A DNA stretch of 45,261 bases from a candidate division FCPU426 bacterium (GCA_963847625.1 CAWKAR010000030.1:1-45261), one strand, 5' to 3'. Shown: positions 9,749-19,518, counted from the first letter of the stretch. Numbers and translations are program-made. Notes: a model not told the origin generated them from the letters alone.

Positions 9749-11701
9749 TTATTTCGATATCTCTACTCCCAACGGCGACAAAGACCTGGCTTTCTCGTAA
9801 AATTCTTGGGCCAAGTCCATATTTCCCAGGCCCCGGTAAAGATCCGACAGCTTCAAGTAATAAACCGGCTCCTTAGGGTTAAAGGCTATGCCTTGACGGT
9901 ACTTTTCAATGGCCTCGTCCGGGCGGCCTTGCATCTGGCTGATCACGGCCAGGTTGACTAGGTACTTGGGGTTGTAAGGGTCCAACTCATGGGCCTTTCC
10001 ATATGCTGACTTTGCATCCGCCAGCTTTTTTAAATACCCGTAACTCGCGCCCAATTTGCCGTAGTTATCGGCGTTATCCGGTTCAATTTTGACCGCCTCC
10101 AGCATTGTGTCCGCAGCCTCTTTGTGCCTTCCTAAGTTCTTATAGATCATCCATAGGTTGCGGTATGGCGTTGCGGTATGGGAATCCATGGAAGCGGCTA
10201 GCTTGAATTCCCGGATGGCATCCTCGGCCTTTCCCTGGTTCAAAAGCGCGATCCCCATCCCGTTATGGGTGATGGCCAAGGGAGGAGATATTGCCAAAGC
10301 GCGGTTGAATTCACTCATGGCGTCGTCCCAGCGTCCTTCGTCCGAATAGGTGCAGCCCAGGTACGTGTGGGCATCCGGGGTGTCATCCGGATAAACCCGC
10401 ACTACGTTTTCCCAAAGGGATCGGGAATCCTTCCAAACCCCGATCTGCCGAATGGTTGCGAACCCAAGGACGGCCGTTAAAACCCCGATGAACAACGCCA
10501 GGAGTAACCGCCGGTTTGAAAGACAGGAGGCCAAACCGGCTGAAAAGGGGACAAAGACGGCCAAGCTCGGCAGGTAGGTGTACCGGTCCGCGGCCGCCTG
10601 GCTTCCAACCTGGAGTAAACCCAAAACAGGCGCCAAGGTGATGAGGTAATAAAGCCATGCCACGGAGAGGTAAGGCGCTTTTTTTCGGTAACGGGAACAG
10701 GCAATAAAGATTAGGGCCACTAAAAAGACAGCCAATAGGTTTTCCAATTGATAAAGGCGATTCACGTTGTGAGGGAAGGGGTATAAAGGCACCAGATTGA
10801 CGGGTACGGCCATCTTCCAAAGGTAAAAAATCAGGGCATGAAAAGCGTTCATGATCCAAAATATCTGGGAATGAATATCGGTGGAGGAAAGAGTCTGGAC
10901 ATGTGACAGCACCGTGAATAGGCCGACTGCCAATGCCAGGATGAAAAAAGGGATTTTTTCGGTTAGGACCTTGGAGAGGCCGGTTTGAAACCGGCCCAAG
11001 GGCCATCCATCCAGGATGAGAAAAACCAGCGGAAGGGTGACGGCCATGGGTTTGGACATGAGGGCCAATAGATACAGGCCCAGGCAGCTATACAACTTAA
11101 GGCCGTTTTGCAAGGGGGAAGAAGCGTAGTTCATGTAAAGCAGAAGCCCCAACAGGTAAAAGAAGGCGAAAAGCACGTCTTTTCTTTCCGTAGCCCAGGC
11201 CACGGACTCCACATGGATGGGATGCAGTCCGAATAGGAGCGCTGCCAGCAAAGCCGCGGGAATCTCATAAGTATTTCGACCGGTGTTTCCTACTGGTATC
11301 CGGTTATCTTCTGCCAAGTTCAGAACCCGGCGGCAAACGAAGAAAACCAGCGCGGTATTCAGGGCATGAAGGACAAGGTTGGTGAGGTGGTAAATCCTTG
11401 GGTCCAGGCCGCCCATCCAAAAATTCAGGGCCAGGGATAACCAGGTCAGGGGAATCCAATTACCGCTGTAAAAGGTGGTAAGCATCCATCGCAAGGAAGA
11501 CAAGTCAAGGTGGCGGATATGGGGGTTTTCCGTGATGAATTCCCTATCGTCCCAATTGACGAAACTATTTTTCAGGACGGGAAGGTAAAACAAAGCCACC
11601 ACTAACGCCGGCAGCAAGGCGTAAAACCAAGGTTCGGATTTTAAGGAACGCTCGGGACCGGCTACCATTTCGGCATGATGTGAAGACGGGTTTTCATTCA
11701 T
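9749..11701 (-). CDS. TMTC-like GT-C membrane protein with C-terminal TPR repeats
   Basis: Motifs 'FVNWDD', 'GNWIPLTWLS', 'HPIHVESVAWATERKDVL', 'SKPMAVTLP' and 'AADRYTY', followed by about 6 TPRs. The start is placed at 11701 because the upstream 'CYN' codons correspond to a TGTTATAAT promoter. Confidence 0.85.
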   Translation of the reverse strand: MNENPSSHHAEMVAGPERSLKSEPWFYALLPALVVALFYLPVLKNSFVNWDDREFITENPHIRHLDLSSLRWMLTTFYSGNWIPLTWLSLALNFWMGGLDPRIYHLTNLVLHALNTALVFFVCRRVLNLAEDNRIPVGNTGRNTYEIPAALLAALLFGLHPIHVESVAWATERKDVLFAFFYLLGLLLYMNYASSPLQNGLKLYSCLGLYLLALMSKPMAVTLPLVFLILDGWPLGRFQTGLSKVLTEKIPFFILALAVGLFTVLSHVQTLSSTDIHSQIFWIMNAFHALIFYLWKMAVPVNLVPLYPFPHNVNRLYQLENLLAVFLVALIFIACSRYRKKAPYLSVAWLYYLITLAPVLGLLQVGSQAAADRYTYLPSLAVFVPFSAGLASCLSNRRLLLALFIGVLTAVLGFATIRQIGVWKDSRSLWENVVRVYPDDTPDAHTYLGCTYSDEGRWDDAMSEFNRALAISPPLAITHNGMGIALLNQGKAEDAIREFKLAASMDSHTATPYRNLWMIYKNLGRHKEAADTMLEAVKIEPDNADNYGKLGASYGYLKKLADAKSAYGKAHELDPYNPKYLVNLAVISQMQGRPDEAIEKYRQGIAFNPKEPVYYLKLSDLYRGLGNMDLAQEFYEKARSLSPLGVEISK

Positions 11702-11707
11702 TAAAGG

Positions 11708-11716
11708 ATTATAACA
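11708..11716 (-). promoter_or_regulatory. Extended -10 promoter (TGtTATAAT), probably giving a leaderless transcript
   Basis: TGTTATAAT ends 6 nt before ATG 11701, and there is no SD sequence. Confidence 0.6.
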
Positions 11717-11868
11717 AAGGGCCATTTCTTGTTGGATTTTGGGGTCAAGGTTAAATGTAAATGGTTCAGTCTGAGCCTTTTTATCAATCCACTAATGCGC
11801 TTGAGCCATAAGGTAGTAGGAAAGAAAAGCGGAAGGTACAATGAATCCCGGCCAGATTTGGCTTGGGT

Positions 11869-11966
11869 CTGTCAAGGGACGACCCTTCGGGTCGCCACTT
11901 GGGCGGGGCATGTAACCCCGCCCAAGTACACGGCTAGGCCCCCGGGCAAGCCCGGGGCCTTGGCAG
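11869..11966. other. GC-rich multi-hairpin (cloverleaf) element between divergent GT-C genes
   Basis: Closing stem CTGTCAAGG/CCTTGGCAG. Internal hairpins are CGACCC-TTC-GGGTCG, ACTTGGGCGGGG..CCCCGCCCAAGT and CCCCGGGC-AA-GCCCGGGG. Confidence 0.6.
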
Positions 11967-11996
11967 CCGGTAAAAACACTATCCTTAGCTTAAAGG

Positions 11997-14204
11997 GTGA
12001 TAAAAGCCATGCCGATTCCCAAGGGGTTGAGGAAATGGACAGGAAAACTTTTCTGGCCCTTCTTATACCTCGGTTTGTGGGAAATCCTTCTTCGAGCGCA
12101 AAACCCCGGGTTGATGACCGACGACAGCGGCGAAATCGTCACGGCCGCCTCGTGCCTGGGGATCGGTCATGGCCCGGGTTTTCCCCTCTATATACTTCTG
12201 GCTCGGCTGGCCGGCTTTCTCCCCATGGGGACCCTAGCTTTCCGGTTGAACCTTCTGGCCGCCTTTTTCACCCTGCTGGCCATCCATTTCACGGTAACGG
12301 CCTGCCGCGAACTATGGAAAAAGCTCCTGCCGAATGATCCGGGTGCCCTCTCGATCCTCCTTCAGAAAGAACTGTGGCTGGTTTTTACAGCGCTGTCTCT
12401 ATTGTTCTGCGAGAGTGTTTTCGCGCAAAGCCTGACCGCCAAGGGCGGCATCTATACCTTTACGCTCATGGGTTTCGCGGTAATGCTTTGGGCTTGTATA
12501 GGTGAATTGTCGGACGCCCGGCTTTTGTGGGCACTGTTTTTCTGGTCGATTGGAATGGGAAACCATTGGCCGTTCCAGGTTTTTGGTCTACTTCTGCTGT
12601 TAATCCGGTTCGGCCCCAGGATCTTCCGTTGGGGACTTCTCAAAATCCTTTCCGCCGCCTCCTTCATCCTCATCGGTTTATCCACCTTTCTTTATCTTCC
12701 TTTGAGGGCCGAGAATTCACCCGTCTTAAATTGGGAGAATCCCCGGGTCATTGGGGCATTCTGGTCGGTTTTGTCGAGGAGGAACGCCCCCGCCGGCGAA
12801 TTCGCCGGCCGAAACCTTGAAGAATATGCCAGGAATGTTCTCGAATACCTGCGTGTGATGGGCCTGCATTGGTGGCCCGGTTTCGTCCTGCTTGCGGCAG
12901 CCGGTGCCTGGTTCCTTTTTCGCCGCCAGCGCGGCCTCCTTCTGGCCTATTCCGCGTCCTACGCTGCCCTGGTGGCCGCCATTGTTCGCGTCACCCATTT
13001 TGACGAGAACACCCTTTACCTGGAGACAAATTTTCTTGTCTGCACCCAGGCCCTGCCCGCTTTACTCGGTTTTGCCGGGGCCCTGGCCCTTTGCAACCGG
13101 TGGCTGGGTTCTAGGCCCAAGGCCGCGTTTGGCGTAGCCTTGGCGGCCGTCCTGGCCGTCGCCTCTTGGGGAGCGGCGGTATTTGACCGGCAGCAGAAAA
13201 CAGGTTACACGCTGGCGGAAGACATCGGGGCCAATCTGCTCAAGGAATTGCCTTGGAACGCCCTGGTCTTGCTGGATTCGGATGTGACGATCATGCCGGG
13301 GCTTTACCAGAGGTACGCCCAAGATAAACGGCCGGATATCGCCATGGTCTTTTTGCCCTTGATCCAATCAAAATGGGGTTTTGCCCAGGCCGTAGCGGAA
13401 TACAAGGCAAGAATGAACCCCTCGGGCGCGGTCAGGGGCTTCCAGGATGCACTGCGCTTGTTCATGGACCCGGAGCGCTTCAAGTGCTCGTCCGTTTTCT
13501 ACGCGTACTATAAGCAGAACCTGGAACAAAACGGTATGGGAGACCTAGCCGGCCGCCTTTCTCCCTGGGGATTGAGCTACCGGTTGGGGCAAGGAACATG
13601 GGAACCGGGAAAAGCCTCCTGGGACGTGTGGAATATTACCTCGCGGCAACGCTTGAGAAACCTCGATAGCGCGAAAAACCTTCCCGGCACGGAATTCACC
13701 TGCTTCGTGTACCGTTACGACTACGCCCGGCCCCATTTGGAGATGGGTTCCATTCTGTTGAAAAACGGATATCTTTATGACTCAGTCCGGCATTATCAAA
13801 AAGCATTGTTGGTTTATCCGGGCATGCGGGGAGTTTACCGGGACCTGGCGTCCTATTTCGAGACGGCCGGATACCCTGAAATGGCTGAAGTGTTTAGTCG
13901 GAAGGAGGCAACCATTGCGCCGGATTCGGCGGGTGCCCTGGAAGCACATGGGAATATTCTCATGAAATTGGGGTACTGGAAGCGGGCCGCCGACGCCTAT
14001 GGACGTTGCTTGAAGATCAACCCCAGTTCGCCCGACGCACGTCTTAACCGGGAAACTGCCCTGCGAAACCTATCCGCTTCACCGCCCATCCGAGTTTTGC
14101 CCGGTAGAAGAGCCGAAGATTACATTGCCCTGGGGAAGAAATACGAACGGGACCGTGAAGGCTTCCTGGCTTCTGTGGCGTACGAGGCCGCCCGAGGTCA
14201 ATAG
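11997..14204 (+). CDS. DUF2723 / TMEM260-like GT-C protein with C-terminal TPRs
   Basis: Motifs 'DDSGEIVTAASCLGIGHGPGFPLY', 'GNH', 'YLPLRA..P.LNW..P' and 'QDKRPDI', plus a TPR tail. The start may be ATG 12009. Confidence 0.85.
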   Translation: MIKAMPIPKGLRKWTGKLFWPFLYLGLWEILLRAQNPGLMTDDSGEIVTAASCLGIGHGPGFPLYILLARLAGFLPMGTLAFRLNLLAAFFTLLAIHFTVTACRELWKKLLPNDPGALSILLQKELWLVFTALSLLFCESVFAQSLTAKGGIYTFTLMGFAVMLWACIGELSDARLLWALFFWSIGMGNHWPFQVFGLLLLLIRFGPRIFRWGLLKILSAASFILIGLSTFLYLPLRAENSPVLNWENPRVIGAFWSVLSRRNAPAGEFAGRNLEEYARNVLEYLRVMGLHWWPGFVLLAAAGAWFLFRRQRGLLLAYSASYAALVAAIVRVTHFDENTLYLETNFLVCTQALPALLGFAGALALCNRWLGSRPKAAFGVALAAVLAVASWGAAVFDRQQKTGYTLAEDIGANLLKELPWNALVLLDSDVTIMPGLYQRYAQDKRPDIAMVFLPLIQSKWGFAQAVAEYKARMNPSGAVRGFQDALRLFMDPERFKCSSVFYAYYKQNLEQNGMGDLAGRLSPWGLSYRLGQGTWEPGKASWDVWNITSRQRLRNLDSAKNLPGTEFTCFVYRYDYARPHLEMGSILLKNGYLYDSVRHYQKALLVYPGMRGVYRDLASYFETAGYPEMAEVFSRKEATIAPDSAGALEAHGNILMKLGYWKRAADAYGRCLKINPSSPDARLNRETALRNLSASPPIRVLPGRRAEDYIALGKKYERDREGFLASVAYEAARGQ

Positions 14205-14225
14205 CGGGATGAGCTTTATTGAAAT

Positions 14226-15338
14226 TTATTGAATTCTTCTGATCAATTGGTTGTCAGTATCCGCAACGTAAACATTTCCGGAAGAATCAACCGTGAGACC
14301 ATAGGGATAGTTGAACGAGGTAGCGGTCCCCTTTCCGTTAGCGGACCCGATTGACCCGGAACCAGCTAAGGTCGTTACCATCTCATCGTTGTTAATTTCG
14401 CGGATCAAACTGTTGTTGGTATCTGCGACGTAAACATTTCCGTGAGAATCAACCGCGACTCCACCTGGAAAATAAAATGACGCGGCAGTCCCCATTCCAT
14501 TAGTAGCCCCTGCCATCCCTGCCGTCCCCGCCAGAGTCGTCACCGTGCCCCCAGGTGCAATTTTCCGGATCAGATGGTTCCAAGTATCGGCAACGTAAAC
14601 ATTTCCGTGAGAATCAACTGAGATTCCGCCTGGAAAATAAAATGATGCGGCGGTTCCCATGCCGTTGGCGGCCCCGGCCATCCCTGCTGTCCCCGCCAGG
14701 GTCGTCACCGCGCCATCGGGGGCAATTTTCCGGATTAGATGGTTCCAAGTATCGGCGACGTAAACATTTCCGTGATAATCAACCGAGATTCCGCCTGGAA
14801 AATAAAATGATGCGGCGGTTCCCATTCCGTTGACGGCCCCGGCCACACCGGCCAACCCCGCCAGGGTCGTTACCGCGCCCCCAGGTGTAATTTTCCGGAT
14901 TAAATGGTTCCAAGTATCGGCGACGTAAACATTTCCGGAAGGATCGACGGCGATTCCATAGGGATAATAGAACGATGCGGCAGTTCCTGTGCCGTTGGAG
15001 GACCCAATGAATCCAGATCCTGCCAGGGTTGTCACTACGCCACCGGCGCTGATTTTCCGAATCTGATTGTTCCAAGTATCTGCAACATAAACATTTCCGG
15101 AGGAATCCACCGCAACTTTATTGGGAAAATTGAATAATGCGGCTTTTCCCGTTCCGTTGGCGGACCCAGTAACCCCTGCCGACCCCGCCAGGGTCGTTAC
15201 CACTACGCCATTGGTGTTTGTGGAAGGCGCGGTTGGATTGTTGTTTTTACTGCAGGAGATTGGAAAAATCCCCAAAAACGATATAAGTAATAAAATCAAT
15301 CCTAATGGATAAAGCATTCGGCGCATCGACAACCCCAA
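14226..15338 (-). CDS. NHL-repeat beta-propeller lipoprotein
   Basis: Lipobox FPISC and six 'F..P.G(I/V).VD..GNVYVADT.N..IRKI...VTTLAG' repeats. The central units are near-identical 168-bp repeats. The start may be slightly downstream. Confidence 0.9.
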   Translation of the reverse strand: MGLSMRRMLYPLGLILLLISFLGIFPISCSKNNNPTAPSTNTNGVVVTTLAGSAGVTGSANGTGKAALFNFPNKVAVDSSGNVYVADTWNNQIRKISAGGVVTTLAGSGFIGSSNGTGTAASFYYPYGIAVDPSGNVYVADTWNHLIRKITPGGAVTTLAGLAGVAGAVNGMGTAASFYFPGGISVDYHGNVYVADTWNHLIRKIAPDGAVTTLAGTAGMAGAANGMGTAASFYFPGGISVDSHGNVYVADTWNHLIRKIAPGGTVTTLAGTAGMAGATNGMGTAASFYFPGGVAVDSHGNVYVADTNNSLIREINNDEMVTTLAGSGSIGSANGKGTATSFNYPYGLTVDSSGNVYVADTDNQLIRRIQ

Positions 15339-15463
15339 ACTCTCCCCAAATAAGGTAAACAGTTACCCTTCAATTATAATAAAAATTGCCATAGGTGCAA
15401 TTTTAAATGAAAATTTTATTTCATGACTGATGAAGCTTGCGTAAAAGAAACGCTATTAAAGGC

Positions 15464-15530
15464 GAAATACGAAGGGGACCGCTAAGATTTCCTGGCCTCG
15501 GTAGCGTACGAGGCCGCCAACGGACAATAA
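15464..15530 (+). repeat. Degenerate direct copy of the last 67 bp of the DUF2723 gene
   Basis: It translates as KYEGDR*DFLASVAYEAANGQ*, against KYERDREGFLASVAYEAARGQ* at 14138-14204. Confidence 0.85.
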
Positions 15531-15567
15531 AGGATGTTTTCTCTCTATCCCATGCAGCCATTGAACA

Positions 15568-16326
15568 TTAACGAAGATTCCAACGGCTAGGATCGGTTAA
15601 TACCGTTTCAGCCGCAACAGTCTGCAAGGCCTTAGCCGTTTTTTTGGATATGGCTTCCGGATAATCCAGACCCTCCGGACTTTTCTGGAATAGAACCGCG
15701 TAAAAAACGCAGGCAGCCAGGTAGGTCCCTTCCAAGGTGGGATGGCTCCCATCCCCCTGCCAAAGCTGCAAATCCGGATCGCGCTCCACCGCGGTTTTCC
15801 AGGCTACTCCCACGGGCGCCACTTTCAAATGAAGCTCGTTGGCGATGCCCATATATCCCGAGGTCAGTTGGGCCTGCATAGAGTTGAAATCGCCGAATCC
15901 AAACTCAGCCAATCCCTTTTGGCGGCCCCAGGTCATGTAAAGCACCGGATCAGCGTCGGTTTGCCGGATTCTACCAGCCAAGGAGCGGACCGCTGGATAC
16001 ATGCCCTGCTCACGGCTTTGTTCCACGGAAGGGACAATACTTTGTTCCTGCAATACTACAAAATCCCATTTCTTCCCGCTGATCTTATCCAAAGCATCCT
16101 TGGATTCGGCATGCTGGGCCAAGGTCCAACCACCCGGTGCAAACATGTCGGTAACAACCTGGCGATGACCTGAGAGGGCCAAATCCGCTAATATTTTTGG
16201 AAGGTTATTTACGGAGGTGTAGCTATTGCCGATAAACAAAACGTCTACCTTCGGCCCGGCCATTTTTTCTTCGCCGCATCCGGTTAATAAAACCGTTAAG
16301 ACGATTAGAAGGATACTCTTCATCAT
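15568..16326 (-). CDS. SGNH/GDSL-like hydrolase lipoprotein (DUF4886-like)
   Basis: Lipobox LLTGC; motifs 'VLFIGNSYT', 'WDFVVLQEQS' and 'DGSHPT'. Confidence 0.8.
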   Translation of the reverse strand: MMKSILLIVLTVLLTGCGEEKMAGPKVDVLFIGNSYTSVNNLPKILADLALSGHRQVVTDMFAPGGWTLAQHAESKDALDKISGKKWDFVVLQEQSIVPSVEQSREQGMYPAVRSLAGRIRQTDADPVLYMTWGRQKGLAEFGFGDFNSMQAQLTSGYMGIANELHLKVAPVGVAWKTAVERDPDLQLWQGDGSHPTLEGTYLAACVFYAVLFQKSPEGLDYPEAISKKTAKALQTVAAETVLTDPSRWNLR

Positions 16327-16342
16327 TCGCCTCTACTGAAGA

Positions 16343-17266
16343 TTAAAAATGAGGCCAGAAAAGATGCTTGAGATGGTAATGCCCTAACGCGTTGGGATGA
16401 ATAGGAAGGGGTATGGCGCTGACATACCAGAAGGTGGGATCGGAAGAATCATAATAGGGGTTGGAGGTAATGTTGTATTGAGTCCCGTGTCCCAGAAACG
16501 GCGTATAGTCGTCCACCAAATCCACGCCGGTTTCAGAAGCGACTTCTTTGATCCTCAGGTTATATTGCGCCAAAACCGCTTCCGCCGCGGCCCAGCCATA
16601 AGACGTCAGACCCGTCCCATCTGTCGGATCATAGATGTTTCCCAATACTATTTTTTGAATCCCCGGATAGAGGGCGGTGTTTTGAAGCACTTGCACAATC
16701 TGAGTTTCCAAACGCGCCTTGAAGTTATAGGACCAAGTCGTTCCTTGGGAAAGAGTGCACCCGAAAACGGCCCCGTCACAGGGAGGGTCAGTGTAACTGG
16801 CGCCGCAAGGCTGGATCAGCTCATTCCCCCCGATGAGGATGGTAACAAATATCGGTTCCGATAATCCTTGGGGAATGTAGGGCACTTCATTGCTGATGAC
16901 TTCCTGGGTCCGGTACCCGGGGTAGGAAAGGTTGAGAATCTGCATGCCGGGATATTTGGTGGAAAGGTCCATACCGGCATCGGCCGGATAAGCAGTGTTG
17001 TTATTTTGAAAAAGAAGATTCACGAAACTAAGCGAAACATCGGTTAAATCGTAACCGTAGGAAATGCTATCCCCCAGGGCGACATAAAGCCTTTGCATGG
17101 TCGCTATTGGAGTGGGGGTATGGGTGACCGTTGGAGAAACCGTGGCCGTTGGAGAAGTGTTCATCGGTTTGAGATGTGATGTAGGAGAAATCGAATAATT
17201 TTTCGAACACGCGAATGGGAGCGGGGAGAGAAGCGCAAATAAAATCAGATAGCGAAAAATTTTCAT
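16343..17266 (-). CDS. SGNH/GDSL esterase lipoprotein with a Thr-rich linker
   Basis: Lipobox LPFAC; motifs 'YVALGDSIS', 'IGGNE', 'NIYDP' and 'IHPNALGH'. Confidence 0.85.
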   Translation of the reverse strand: MKIFRYLILFALLSPLPFACSKNYSISPTSHLKPMNTSPTATVSPTVTHTPTPIATMQRLYVALGDSISYGYDLTDVSLSFVNLLFQNNNTAYPADAGMDLSTKYPGMQILNLSYPGYRTQEVISNEVPYIPQGLSEPIFVTILIGGNELIQPCGASYTDPPCDGAVFGCTLSQGTTWSYNFKARLETQIVQVLQNTALYPGIQKIVLGNIYDPTDGTGLTSYGWAAAEAVLAQYNLRIKEVASETGVDLVDDYTPFLGHGTQYNITSNPYYDSSDPTFWYVSAIPLPIHPNALGHYHLKHLFWPHF

Positions 17267-17507
17267 GATTTTAGATTATACATGCCAAAAAGCTTTATTC
17301 CCAACTCCCTGTCAATCCTGGCCTCAGGCGCAGAAAAGGGAAGTATTATGGTTTTTAACACAAATTGTGCACGCATATGTCCGAGTTATAAAGTCTATTA
17401 ATCTGTCTTTACCTAGAACCACCTTCTATTTCCACTGATTAAAGGAAAATAAATTCTCAAAGATTCTATTGGTTATAATAAATTCTCACTGATTTTTTCT
17501 GCGAGGT

Positions 17508-18158
17508 ATGCCCATGCGGCGCTCATACTGGCTTTTTCTTGTTTTTGCGATCTTACTCTCTGGCTGCGTCACTAAAAATTATTACTCAAATCTCAATCCA
17601 AACTTTGCCGGACTTAAATACCAGCGAATCCTCATACAATTCGCCAACTTGGAGCCGGGTCTTGGCCCTGAAGGCGAAAAAACCCTCAAGCAGGAAATCG
17701 GGAATGCCTTCGGCCCCAGCATCCAGTGCTTTCTCTTTTCCGACGAGTTTTATGCCGCCATTCAGCCCAAGGCGGAAATGAGTGCCTCCATCCGGAGGTT
17801 CCTGATGGAAAATAAAATAGATGGATATCTAATCTGTATCAGCGTACAAGGAGTGAAAAAGCAAACCAATGTCATGAGCACCATGTCCGGGTCCGTCTAC
17901 GCCAATAACGATCAAAAAGTCGCGGGATATCGGATGGAGCTATTCGATCTCAGGACCAATCACTCGGTTTGGTACTCCACTGCCCGGATGGAAGGTCTCA
18001 GTCTCCTCAATTCGTTCAAGGGCATGATGACCAGCTTCATCAATAAAGCCGTCAATGATCTGAAAAAGCATGATATTCTCGGCTTAGACGTCCGCCCCTC
18101 CACTCCTTTCGGAATCGGCTCAGATAAAGAGCTTCCCATTCCCAAGCAGGAAATTTAA
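17508..18158 (+). CDS. Hypothetical lipoprotein
   Basis: Lipobox LLSGC and 'MELFDLRTNHSVWYS'. Function not recognised. Confidence 0.7.
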   Translation: MPMRRSYWLFLVFAILLSGCVTKNYYSNLNPNFAGLKYQRILIQFANLEPGLGPEGEKTLKQEIGNAFGPSIQCFLFSDEFYAAIQPKAEMSASIRRFLMENKIDGYLICISVQGVKKQTNVMSTMSGSVYANNDQKVAGYRMELFDLRTNHSVWYSTARMEGLSLLNSFKGMMTSFINKAVNDLKKHDILGLDVRPSTPFGIGSDKELPIPKQEI

Positions 18159-18185
18159 GATTATCGCTTTTAAAAAACTGAATTA

Positions 18186-18232
18186 AAAAAAGGAAAGCCC
18201 CTGGCGGTTTTAAACCGTGGGGCTTTATCTTT
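18186..18232. terminator. Probable bidirectional intrinsic terminator
   Basis: AAAGCCCC...CGGTTT-TA-AACCG-TGGGGCTTT stem flanked by A-rich and T-rich tracts, between convergent genes. Confidence 0.55.
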
Positions 18233-18294
18233 GATGGCTGGCCGTGTCCTGTAGCATCCCTGAAGAGGGCACCGCTACAAGTGACCATTGAAAT

Positions 18295-19518
18295 TTACTG
18301 AATTTCCCTGATCAGTTGGTCCCAAGTATCCGCAACGTATACAATCCCGGAAGTATCAACCGCGACTCCAGTGGGCCCGTTAAACGATGCGGCGGTCCCA
18401 ATCCCATTGTTGGCGCAACATGGCCCACCCCCCGCCAGGGTTGTCACTAAGCCCCCGGGGGTGATTTCCCGGATAAGGTTGTTGTTAGTATCCGCGACGT
18501 AAACGTTCCCGGAGGCATCAACCGCGACTCCAGTGGGATTATAAAACGATGCGACGGTCCCAATCCCATTGTTGGCACAACATGGCCCACCCCCCGCCAG
18601 GGTCGTCACCACGCCCCCGGGAGTGATTTCCCGGATCAAAGAATTGCCATTATCCGCAATATAAACATTTCCTGAGGCATCGACCGCGACTCCAGTGGGA
18701 TTATAAAACAATGCGGCGGTCCCCGTTGCATTGGTGGACCCGGAAACCCCTGCCGATCCCGCCAGGGTCGAAACGACGCCTCCGGCTGTAATTTTCCGGA
18801 TCAATTGGTTGCTGGCATCCCCGACATAAACATTTCCGGAGGAATCAACCGCTATTCCAACGGGTAAGTTGAACGATGCGGAGGTCGCTGACCCGTTAGT
18901 GGATCCTTTGGACCCGGACCCCGCGAAGGTGGACACCAAGCCCCCGGGGGTGATTTCCCGGATCAAATTGTTGTAGGTATCCGCGACAAAAATATTTCCG
19001 GTGGAATCAACCGCAACTCCAGAGGGATGGTAGAACGATGCGGTGGTTCCCATTCCGTTGGTAGAACAACATAGCCCTCCACCCGCCAGGGTGGACACCA
19101 AGCCCCCGGGAGTAATTTTTCGGATCAGGTGGTTGCCCCAATCCGCGACGTAAACATTTCCGGCAGAATCAGCCGCAACTCCATAGGGCATATAAAACAA
19201 TGCGGCGATTCCGGTACCATTGTTGAATCCGCTGACCCCTGCCGATCCCGCGAGAGTCGTTACCATTCCCTCATTAGTCGGAATAGGCGTACAGGTATTG
19301 CCTGGGTAACCGCAAGGAGTATGGGTGGAAGTGGCCGTTGGAGTATTGGTGATGGTAAAAGTGAAGGTCGGCGTACAAATCGAGGGGTAGCAGACGCTGG
19401 TGGGCGTGGGAAAGATCCTGGCCGCAGTAGGGGGATTATCATTGCAGGCGATCTGGAAAAATCCCAAAAAAGATAGAAGTAAAAGGCCGGAACCCAAAAA
19501 ATAAAGATGTCGGCTCAT
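18295..19518 (-). CDS. NHL-repeat lipoprotein with a Thr/Pro/Cys stalk, paralog of 14226-15338
   Basis: The signal peptide runs from MSRHLYF to FQIAC (ATG 19518). It is followed by a TPT linker and six NHL repeats, three with CC loops. Confidence 0.88.
   Translation of the reverse strand: MSRHLYFLGSGLLLLSFLGFFQIACNDNPPTAARIFPTPTSVCYPSICTPTFTFTITNTPTATSTHTPCGYPGNTCTPIPTNEGMVTTLAGSAGVSGFNNGTGIAALFYMPYGVAADSAGNVYVADWGNHLIRKITPGGLVSTLAGGGLCCSTNGMGTTASFYHPSGVAVDSTGNIFVADTYNNLIREITPGGLVSTFAGSGSKGSTNGSATSASFNLPVGIAVDSSGNVYVGDASNQLIRKITAGGVVSTLAGSAGVSGSTNATGTAALFYNPTGVAVDASGNVYIADNGNSLIREITPGGVVTTLAGGGPCCANNGIGTVASFYNPTGVAVDASGNVYVADTNNNLIREITPGGLVTTLAGGGPCCANNGIGTAASFNGPTGVAVDTSGIVYVADTWDQLIREIQ

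Noticed and set aside
11729..12337. 202-aa ORF overlapping the DUF2723 start
   Set aside because: It runs through the structured spacer and out of frame over a well-supported gene.
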